Shown in pieces: positions 57,570 to 64,000 of a stretch of DNA of 64,000 nt (the first letter of the stretch is position 1; each line of letters starts with the position of its first letter). The DNA is taken from contig CAZMNA010000004.1 in NCBI GenBank assembly GCA_964567555.1, positions 6,234 through 70,233 on the forward strand, given 5' to 3'. A program made the position numbers and the translations under genes. The notes below the pieces were generated by a model, which saw only the letters and a program-made list of their open reading frames with translations, did no database searches and was not told where the DNA came from. Source of the DNA: an uncultured Candidatus Saccharibacteria bacterium (GTDB lineage: Bacteria > Patescibacteriota > Saccharimonadia > Saccharimonadales > UBA10212).

Positions 57570-58198
57570 TGGGTCAGAAAGTTAATCCAATCTCCATGCG
57601 CCTACAGGTCAATAAGGATTGGCGCTCTAAGTGGTTTGCCGGCAAACGAGAATATGCTGCTTACCTTCAACAGGATTTGTCTGCCCGCAGGTTGATTGAT
57701 CAAAATTTGGGCTCGCGCGCTTCTATCAGCAAGGTAGATATCGAGCGCTCTCCGAATCTCGTTACCGTTACTATCCAGACCGCCAAAGCCGGTGTGGTAA
57801 TCGGCCGTGGTGGCTCTGGTGCCAATGAGCTAAAGACTGCGATTGAAAAACTTTACGGTGTGCCGGTACGAGTAAACATAGAGGAAATTAAGAGACCGGA
57901 GCTGCAAGCCAAATTGGTGGCTGAAAACATCGCCCACCAACTAGAGCGAAGAATTGCTTTTAGGCGGGCTATAAAAAGCTCGGCTGCCGCCAGCATGCGT
58001 GCTGGAGCCAAAGGGATACGCATTGAAGTTTCTGGCCGTTTGGGAGGCATGGAGATGAGCCGCAGGGAAAAAGTAGTAGAGGGCAGCGTACCTCTCCATA
58101 CGATTAGAGCTGATATTGATTTTGCGAGTGCCCGCGCACTTTACCCCGGTGCAGGCATTATTGGCGTTAAGGTTTGGATCTATAGAGGAGAAACCTAG
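57569..58198 (+). CDS. rpsC: 30S ribosomal protein S3
   Basis: MGQKVNPISMRL.., KH domain ..VIGRGGSG.. Confidence 0.95.
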   Translation: MGQKVNPISMRLQVNKDWRSKWFAGKREYAAYLQQDLSARRLIDQNLGSRASISKVDIERSPNLVTVTIQTAKAGVVIGRGGSGANELKTAIEKLYGVPVRVNIEEIKRPELQAKLVAENIAHQLERRIAFRRAIKSSAAASMRAGAKGIRIEVSGRLGGMEMSRREKVVEGSVPLHTIRADIDFASARALYPGAGIIGVKVWIYRGET

Positions 58199-58615
58199 AT
58201 GTTGATGCCCTCTAGAACAAAGCACCGAAAGGTGAGAAAGGGCCGCATTCACGGGGGCACCGCTACCTCATTGGCTCAGATCGCTTACGGCAAGTATGGT
58301 CTTGCTAGTCTTGAGAGTGAGCGCATTAGCGCCCGTCAAATAGAGGCCGCACGTCAGGCCATGACTCGCTACGTTAAACGTGGCGGCCAGATTTGGATTA
58401 GAATATTCCCGCACACACCCATTACTCGCAAGCCACAAGATGTAAAGATGGGTAGCGGTAAAGGTAACCCTGAGTTTTTTGCTGCCAAGGTCAAACCCGG
58501 CACAATTATGTTTGAAATGGACGGAATTGAAGAGTCGGTGGCCCGTGAAGCAATGCGTTTAGCCGGCCACAAACTACCGGTTAAGACTAGCTTTGTCATT
58601 AAGGAAGAGGCTTGA
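58199..58615 (+). CDS. rplP: 50S ribosomal protein L16
   Basis: [11 protein letters not shown].., ..MGSGKGNPE.. Confidence 0.95.
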   Translation: MLMPSRTKHRKVRKGRIHGGTATSLAQIAYGKYGLASLESERISARQIEAARQAMTRYVKRGGQIWIRIFPHTPITRKPQDVKMGSGKGNPEFFAAKVKPGTIMFEMDGIEESVAREAMRLAGHKLPVKTSFVIKEEA

Positions 58616-58623
58616 GGGGAATT

Positions 58624-58824
58624 ATGAGAGTAGCCGATATCCGTAAGCTTAAGACAGGGGAGTTGACCAAGCAGGTCGGTGATCTGCGCGAGGAGATAAA
58701 TGAATTGCGCCGCCGCCTGTATTCTGGCGAGGCCCAAAATGTGCGCATCGTCCGTGCTAAGCGTAAAGACCTGGCTCGGATGCTAACAGTACTTAGTGAG
58801 CAGCTGCAAAAGGAGCGTATCTAA
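58624..58824 (+). CDS. rpmC: 50S ribosomal protein L29
   Basis: ATG 58624 lies 4 nt after GAGGGG; the track lists TTG 58612. ..ELTKQVGDLREEINELRRRL.. Confidence 0.9.
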   Translation: MRVADIRKLKTGELTKQVGDLREEINELRRRLYSGEAQNVRIVRAKRKDLARMLTVLSEQLQKERI

Positions 58825-59195
58825 TGGCTAAGCAAATTACCGGCACAGTGACTAGCGATAAAGCCGATAAAACTATCGTTATTAGCGTTGCCGAACGCCG
58901 CACACACCCGCTTTATAAGAAGCAATACACCATCACGACTAAGTACATTGCTCATGATGGGGCGGGTGAGGCTAAACTCGGTGACAAGGTTGTGATTGTT
59001 GAGACTCGTCCGATAAGTCGTCGCAAGAACTTTAAGCTAGAGAAGATTATTGCAAAGGCTGGCATTGCGTTTATCGAAACTGACGCTACAGCAGATGTAC
59101 CGAAAGACGTGATTGAAGAGAAAATAGCTGAACAACCCGCTAAAGAGACAGCTCAGGATAAGCCAGTCAGGCCCGCTAAGAAGGAGGCCGCATGA
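58824..59195 (+). CDS. rpsQ: 30S ribosomal protein S17 (with ~45-aa C-terminal extension)
   Basis: ..[22 protein letters not shown].. Confidence 0.93.
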   Translation: MAKQITGTVTSDKADKTIVISVAERRTHPLYKKQYTITTKYIAHDGAGEAKLGDKVVIVETRPISRRKNFKLEKIIAKAGIAFIETDATADVPKDVIEEKIAEQPAKETAQDKPVRPAKKEAA

Positions 59196-59563
59196 TTCAG
59201 CAAGAGTCCCGGCTAAGCGCCGCTGATAACTCAGGTGCCCGTTCGCTACTTTGCATACGTGTTTTAGGTGGCTCTGGCCGCCGCTACGCGCGCGTTGGTG
59301 ATGTAATTGTAGCTAGTGTAAAAACAGCTAATCCAGCTGGCGGAGTTAAGCGTAAAAGTGTCGTTAAGGCGGTAGTGGTTCGAACCAGGAGCCCTATACA
59401 CCGCAAAGACGGCACCGTTGTTCGCTTTGATGACAATGCCGCCGTACTGCTAGCCGAAGATAACCGCTCGCCGCGTGGAACGCGTATTTTTGGGCCTGTG
59501 CCGCGTGAACTCCGCGATAAAGGCTACAGCCGAATCATTTCACTTGCACCGGAGGTGCTTTAA
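59192..59563 (+). CDS. rplN: 50S ribosomal protein L14
   Basis: [17 protein letters not shown].. Confidence 0.97.
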   Translation: MIQQESRLSAADNSGARSLLCIRVLGGSGRRYARVGDVIVASVKTANPAGGVKRKSVVKAVVVRTRSPIHRKDGTVVRFDDNAAVLLAEDNRSPRGTRIFGPVPRELRDKGYSRIISLAPEVL

Positions 59564-59896
59564 ATGATCCAGACGATTTACAAAATTCGGTTAAAGGTGG
59601 GCGATACGGTAATGATCCGCTCCGGAAAACACAAAGGTAGAACCGGCAAAATAACGGCCGTTCATCCCATGCTAAACAAAGTTACTGTCGAAGGCATTAA
59701 TGTGGTGAAACGTCATGTTAAACCAACCCGTACACACCCGCAAGGAGGCATTTTTGAAGCGACCAAGCCAATCTGGACAAGTAAGGTAGGCCTTCTTGAC
59801 AGCACCAAGAAAAAGCCATCTAAGATCAGCTACAAAGTTACCAAGGACGGTACTAAGACGCGTGTACTTACCTCGTCCGGGAAGGAAACAAAATAA
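59564..59896 (+). CDS. rplX: 50S ribosomal protein L24
   Basis: KOW motif ..VGDTVMIRSGKHKGRTGKI.. Confidence 0.95.
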   Translation: MIQTIYKIRLKVGDTVMIRSGKHKGRTGKITAVHPMLNKVTVEGINVVKRHVKPTRTHPQGGIFEATKPIWTSKVGLLDSTKKKPSKISYKVTKDGTKTRVLTSSGKETK

Positions 59897-60486
59897 TGGC
59901 TGAACCTGATGCTAAATTAAAGACGCTGAGTCATAAGCCTAACTTGAAAAAACTCTACCAAGATGTCACCAAAGACCTCCAAGCGGAGCTCGGGTTGTCT
60001 AATATACATGAGGTGCCACGGCTTGAAAAAATCATTGTAAGCGCCGGCTTAGGCAAGGCTAAAGATGAGAAACGCCTGCTTGAAGTAGCTGCCAATACTA
60101 TATCTAAAATTACTGGCCAAAACCCAGTTGAGACAACCGCCCGGATGTCTATTGCCTCGTTTAAGCTACGCGAAGGTTCTAAAATCGGTAGCAAGGTTAC
60201 GCTACGCGGCAATCGAATGTATGAGTTCGCCGACAGGTTTATCAACCTAGTCTTGCCTCGTCTGCGTGACTTTCACGGCGTATCAAGCCGTTCGTTTGAC
60301 AAACAAGGAAATTACAATATTGGCTTGCAGGATCAGTCAGTCTTTCCTGAACTAACGTACGAGGACACCGCAACAGCGCATGGGCTGCAGGTCACGTTTA
60401 CTATAAAAACTAAGAATCCCGAGCATGCTAAGGCTTTACTGCAAAAGCTTGGCATGCCCTTTGAAAAGGAGGCAGCTAATGGCTAA
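59896..60486 (+). CDS. rplE: 50S ribosomal protein L5
   Basis: ..[17 protein letters not shown].., ..RDFHG.. Confidence 0.95.
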   Translation: MAEPDAKLKTLSHKPNLKKLYQDVTKDLQAELGLSNIHEVPRLEKIIVSAGLGKAKDEKRLLEVAANTISKITGQNPVETTARMSIASFKLREGSKIGSKVTLRGNRMYEFADRFINLVLPRLRDFHGVSSRSFDKQGNYNIGLQDQSVFPELTYEDTATAHGLQVTFTIKTKNPEHAKALLQKLGMPFEKEAANG

Positions 60487-60748
60487 AAAATCAATTTTGG
60501 CACGAGACGCCAAGAGAATAACAATGATTAACAAGTATGCCGCCAAGCGTGCTGAGTTAAAGGCCGCCGGCGACTGGGAAGGTTTGGCTGGCTTGCCGCG
60601 CAACTCTAGCCCCAGCCGCCGCACCAACCGCTGCGCCGAAACCGGCCGTCCGCGCGCCTACATGCGACAGTTCGGTTTATCACGGATTGCTTTTAGGGAA
60701 CACGCCAGCCGCGGTGAAGTTCCAGGAGTAACTAAGAGTAGTTGGTAG
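60479..60748 (+). CDS. rpsN: 30S ribosomal protein S14 (long, zinc-independent type, 89 aa)
   Basis: ATG 60479 lies 7 nt after AGGAGG ([13 protein letters not shown]..). No CxxC pairs are present. C-terminal ..[12 protein letters not shown]. Confidence 0.9.
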   Translation: MAKKSILARDAKRITMINKYAAKRAELKAAGDWEGLAGLPRNSSPSRRTNRCAETGRPRAYMRQFGLSRIAFREHASRGEVPGVTKSSW

Positions 60749-60750
60749 AT

Positions 60751-61158
60751 ATGAAGAGTGTAGTTATACAAACCGATCCCGTCGCCGACATGCTAAGCCG
60801 TATCCGCAATGCTATGGCTGTGGGAAAGAGCGAGGTAGAGATGCCACATTCACGGCTCAAGGAAAATGTTGCAAAAGTCCTGGTAAAATATGGATTTTTA
60901 GATGACGTTAAGACTGATAAGGATGAAAAATTCAAGATACTGAAAATTACTATCAACTCCGCTGACGAATCTTCAAAAATTACTGAAATTGCACGCCTCA
61001 GCCGCCCAGGCCGGCGGGTTTACGCCTCTGCCGGTAAAATTCCGACCGTCAAGCACGGCCGGGGCATTATTGTTATATCTACATCTAGTGGCGTAATGGC
61101 TTCACCCGATGCTAAAGCCAAAGGTGTGGGCGGTGAATTAATCTGTGAGGTCTATTAG
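60751..61158 (+). CDS. rpsH: 30S ribosomal protein S8
   Basis: ..TDPVADMLSRIRNA.. ATG 60751 lies 2 nt after the rpsN stop; the track lists TTG 60742. Confidence 0.93.
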   Translation: MKSVVIQTDPVADMLSRIRNAMAVGKSEVEMPHSRLKENVAKVLVKYGFLDDVKTDKDEKFKILKITINSADESSKITEIARLSRPGRRVYASAGKIPTVKHGRGIIVISTSSGVMASPDAKAKGVGGELICEVY

Positions 61159-61704
61159 ATGAGCCGCGTAGGTAAAATGCCCATCTCTGTCCCCGGCGGG
61201 GTTACTGTGTTCACGACCGACGGTCAAGTCAGCGTTAGCGGCCCAAAGGGCAGTTTGCGAACTCTGCTCCTACCAGGCATTTCACTTCAGCAGGAGGGCG
61301 AGACCGTAACCTTGACACGCTCAAGCGAGGAAAAGTCCCAACGCGCACAGCACGGCTTGATGCGTGCTTTGGTCTCCAATATGGTTGAAGGCGTTAGTAA
61401 GGGTTTCGTGAAGAAGTTAGAGCTTCACGGTGTCGGTTTCCGCGTCAATATGTCCGGCAGTGATCTTAAGTTCAACCTTGGATTCTCCCACGAAGTAGTG
61501 TATAAAATACCGGCCGGGGTAAGCGTCTCTGTTGAACAGAATGTAATTACTGTTAGCGGACCCGATAAGCAGCAGGTCGGCCAAGCAGCCGCCGAAATCC
61601 GGGCTTTACGTAAACCCGAACCCTACAAGGGCAAAGGAATTCGTTATAGTGACGAAAGAGTCCTCCGCAAATCCGGCAAAAGCGGTAAGGAAACGACCTC
61701 CTAA
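61159..61704 (+). CDS. rplF: 50S ribosomal protein L6
   Basis: MSRVGKMPI.., ..PEPYKGKGIRY.. Confidence 0.95.
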   Translation: MSRVGKMPISVPGGVTVFTTDGQVSVSGPKGSLRTLLLPGISLQQEGETVTLTRSSEEKSQRAQHGLMRALVSNMVEGVSKGFVKKLELHGVGFRVNMSGSDLKFNLGFSHEVVYKIPAGVSVSVEQNVITVSGPDKQQVGQAAAEIRALRKPEPYKGKGIRYSDERVLRKSGKSGKETTS

Positions 61705-62057
61705 TGAATAGACTAGACCTGAAGAAGAACTTGACGATGCGGCGCGCCCAGCGGGTACGCGCGCACATTAAAGGTACAGCCAGCCGCCCCCGTCTAAGCG
61801 TTCATGTGTCACACCTGCATGTCACAGCTCAAATTGTAGACGACGCTGCAGGCAAGACTTTAGCTTACGTCACAACTGCCGGCTCTAAGGCTAGTGGCAC
61901 TATGACCGAAAGGGCCGCTTGGGTTGGCACCGAAGTTTCCAAAAAAGCTAAAAAAGCCAACATTACCAAGGTAGTCTTTGACCGCGGCGCCAGGAAATAT
62001 CACGGCCGTATTAAGGCGCTGGCTGACGCAGCCCGCAGCGAAGGACTGGAGTTTTAG
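61704..62057 (+). CDS. rplR: 50S ribosomal protein L18
   Basis: ..RPRLSVHVSHLHVTAQIVDD.., ..FDRGARKYHGRIKALADAAR.. Confidence 0.95.
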   Translation: MNRLDLKKNLTMRRAQRVRAHIKGTASRPRLSVHVSHLHVTAQIVDDAAGKTLAYVTTAGSKASGTMTERAAWVGTEVSKKAKKANITKVVFDRGARKYHGRIKALADAARSEGLEF

Positions 62058-62058
62058 C

Positions 62059-62616
62059 ATGGCTAACAACGCCCCAGCCAGACAGGCTCCTAGACGACCT
62101 GCTCAAGAGATAGAAAAAGAATTTGATGAGCGCGTCGTTTATGTAAACCGCGTTGCCCGTGTTGTTAAAGGCGGCCGGCGCTTCCGCTTCCAGGCCCTTG
62201 TGGTTGTTGGTGACCACGCCGGCCGTGTCGGCGTGGGTGTTGCAAAGGGCGCCGACGTATCGGCTGCGGTTACCAAAGCTACTGAGACCGCTAAGAAACG
62301 TGTTGTTAAGGTGCCTATTTATAACACCACTCTTACCCATGAGGTTGAAGGTAAGATAGGTGGCGCTAAAATTTTGATATTTCCAGCAGCACCGGGCACA
62401 GGTCTAATTGCCGGTGGTGTAGTCCGAACCGTACTGGAAGTTTCTGGCATTGAAAACGCGCTGTCTAAATCAATCGGGTCAGCAAATCGAATCAACGTTG
62501 CTTATGCGGCCTTGCGGGCTTTGGCCAGCATGGAGCCGTCTCGAAATTGGGTCGTAAAGCCCGTTAAGAAGAACATGCCCCCTAAATCTAAACCTAAAAT
62601 GGAAGATACAAAGTGA
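62059..62616 (+). CDS. rpsE: 30S ribosomal protein S5 (with basic C-terminal tail)
   Basis: ATG 62059 lies directly after the rplR stop (MANNAPARQ..). ..VNRVARVVKGGRRFRF.. Confidence 0.93.
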   Translation: MANNAPARQAPRRPAQEIEKEFDERVVYVNRVARVVKGGRRFRFQALVVVGDHAGRVGVGVAKGADVSAAVTKATETAKKRVVKVPIYNTTLTHEVEGKIGGAKILIFPAAPGTGLIAGGVVRTVLEVSGIENALSKSIGSANRINVAYAALRALASMEPSRNWVVKPVKKNMPPKSKPKMEDTK

Positions 62617-63083
62617 AATTCAATGAATTAAAAACTAGCCGACAGCAGCTACCCAGACGATCTGGGCGTGGCATTTCGGCGGGCCATGGCAAGACAGCCG
62701 GCCGCGGCACGAAGGGCCAAGGCGCGCGTAAGAGTCCGGTGAAGCTCGGCTTTGAAGGCGGCCAGACACCAATCCACATGCGTCTGCCCAAGCTGCGCGG
62801 CTTTAAAAGCCACCGTCCCGCGACCGAAACTATATATACTGGAGAGTTGGAGCAATTAAAGACCTCTACAGTGGACAATGCTGTGTTGGCTCAAGCTGGT
62901 CTGGTTGAAAGCGCCCACTCTAGAGTCAAGCTCATTGTAGGCGGCGAGCTTAAGTCTAAAAAAGCCGTTAAACTGCAAGGTGCTAGTACCTCTGCTATAG
63001 AAGCGATCACAAAAGCCGGCGGCGACTTTGAAAAGGTACCTCAGGTCGCTCGTCAATCAAAAAAAGACCAAGACAAAGCTTAG
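62613..63083 (+). CDS. rplO: 50S ribosomal protein L15
   Basis: GTG 62613 overlaps the rpsE stop. MKFNELK.., ..GRGISAGHGKTAGRGTKGQ.. Confidence 0.93.
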   Translation: MKFNELKTSRQQLPRRSGRGISAGHGKTAGRGTKGQGARKSPVKLGFEGGQTPIHMRLPKLRGFKSHRPATETIYTGELEQLKTSTVDNAVLAQAGLVESAHSRVKLIVGGELKSKKAVKLQGASTSAIEAITKAGGDFEKVPQVARQSKKDQDKA

Positions 63084-63099
63084 TGTATAATTAACCCCA

Positions 63100-64000
63100 G
63101 TGAACTGGGGAATAATACTCAAATCTCTTAACCATAAAGAGATGCGCAACCGCATTTTAGCGGTGCTTGGCATGCTATTAGTCTTCCGTATTCTGGCGCA
63201 TATCCCGGTACCTCTGGCCGACCCCCACACACTCCGCCAAGTCTTAAGCAACTTGTTCTCTCAAACTAACTCAAACCAATTTCTAGGCTTTCTTAACGTT
63301 TTATCTGGCGGCGCATTAGCCAACTTTTCAATTATGCTGGTGGGCTTGGGCCCTTACATTAACGCTTCAATTATCATGCAGCTGCTCACTAAGGCCCTGC
63401 CTAAGCTAGAAGCCATGAACAAAGAGGGTGAATATGGGCGCAAACGCATAAACCAATACACTCGTATGCTAACTTTCCCCTTGGCCATTATCCAGTCTAT
63501 CGGCATGGTTTATATAATTCGCCAGGCAGCAGCTCAAATTGGTGGCCTGGGCGATATAACCGCGCACACCTCAATGATGCAATGGGTTCTTATGATAGGC
63601 GCTTTAACCGGCGGCTCAATGGTCTTGATGTGGCTAGGTGAACTTATCACCGAACGTTCCATCGGTAACGGGATCTCTCTTTTGATTACAGTCGGTATAG
63701 TGAGCCGTTTGCCAACCCTGTTCGGACAGATGTGGTCTGGTGCCTATTGGACAAGCTCTTTAGCTACGCACGACAAATTTCATTTTTTAAGCCGCAATTT
63801 TTCCAAACACGGGCTGCTTGTCTTTGGTCTATTCTTGCTTGCAATCGTCTTTGTAACTTGGGCAGTTGTTAAACTCAATGAGGCCTCGCGTCGCCTAACA
63901 GTCAATTATGCAAAACGTGTACAGGGCAACCGTGTTTACGGTGGGGTCACCACAACTTTGCCGGTTAAGCTAATCACAGCAGGGGTAATCCCGATTATTT
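63100..64000 (+). CDS. secY: Preprotein translocase subunit SecY (3'-partial, runs off the window)
   Basis: The frame is open to nt 64000 and absent from the ORF track because it has no stop. ..RNRILAVLGMLLVFRILAHIPVP.., ..GPYINASIIMQLL.., ..GNGISLLI.. The start is either GTG 63100 (8 nt after TGtATAAT at 63084-63091) or ATG 63142. Confidence 0.9.
   Translation, partial: MNWGIILKSLNHKEMRNRILAVLGMLLVFRILAHIPVPLADPHTLRQVLSNLFSQTNSNQFLGFLNVLSGGALANFSIMLVGLGPYINASIIMQLLTKALPKLEAMNKEGEYGRKRINQYTRMLTFPLAIIQSIGMVYIIRQAAAQIGGLGDITAHTSMMQWVLMIGALTGGSMVLMWLGELITERSIGNGISLLITVGIVSRLPTLFGQMWSGAYWTSSLATHDKFHFLSRNFSKHGLLVFGLFLLAIVFVTWAVVKLNEASRRLTVNYAKRVQGNRVYGGVTTTLPVKLITAGVIPII

Overview
This is a gene-dense window that lies almost entirely on the + strand and is made up mostly of core housekeeping genes. 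The code is standard: UGA ends rpoB, gatA, rpsE and the pfkB-like gene. Several traits point by inference to a reduced-genome CPR/Patescibacteria organism, probably Saccharibacteria-like. These are a split transketolase, no rpmD between rpsE and rplO, r-proteins with tails, and tiny intergenic spacers. Gene order runs: tkt (partial), EamA transporter, fba, PfkB kinase, orphan, LOG/TIGR00725-like, uvrB, orphan UVR-motif protein, gatC-gatA-(orphan)-gatB, DUF948-like and YtxH small proteins, dnaE, CAP-domain protein(-), SpoU methyltransferase(-), PilB/GspE ATPase, rplS, rnhB, yraN, M29 aminopeptidase, nusA, clpC, HExxH orphan, radA, PBP1A(-), tyrS, methyltransferase, recG, rsmD, tRNA-Leu(UAG), membrane protein(-), hisS, tig, clpP, GNAT-like orphan, rpoB, rpoC, rpsL, rpsG, 260-bp insert, fusA, tuf, rpsJ, PlsC-like acyltransferase(-), then rplC through rplO and secY (3' partial). 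I see no transposase, integrase, CRISPR array, prophage or clear multi-gene defence or accessory island. I therefore do not claim a novel multi-gene system. The leads worth follow-up are listed below.
1. Perfect or near-perfect CIRCE (HrcA) operators sit in front of clpC and clpP, each with a -35 box inside the spacer.
2. TATAAT-type -10 boxes recur 6-11 nt upstream of first-gene start codons, implying leaderless mRNAs, while operon-internal genes keep Shine-Dalgarno sites.
3. Orphan genes are wedged into otherwise conserved operons: a UVR-motif protein after uvrB, a TM + Rx4H (HEPN-like) mini-protein coupled between gatA and gatB, an HExxH/coiled-coil protein between clpC and radA, and a 260-bp ORF-or-RNA insert between rpsG and fusA.
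4. The S10 operon is split. rpsJ is fused to tuf, an antisense acyltransferase follows, and a new promoter plus a hairpin/U-tract leader precede rplC.
5. A terminator-like hairpin lies between a promoter and the nusA start.
6. The TyrRS has TVGN in place of the HIGH signature.
All functional calls rest on motif recognition by eye in the supplied translations. No database search was run.
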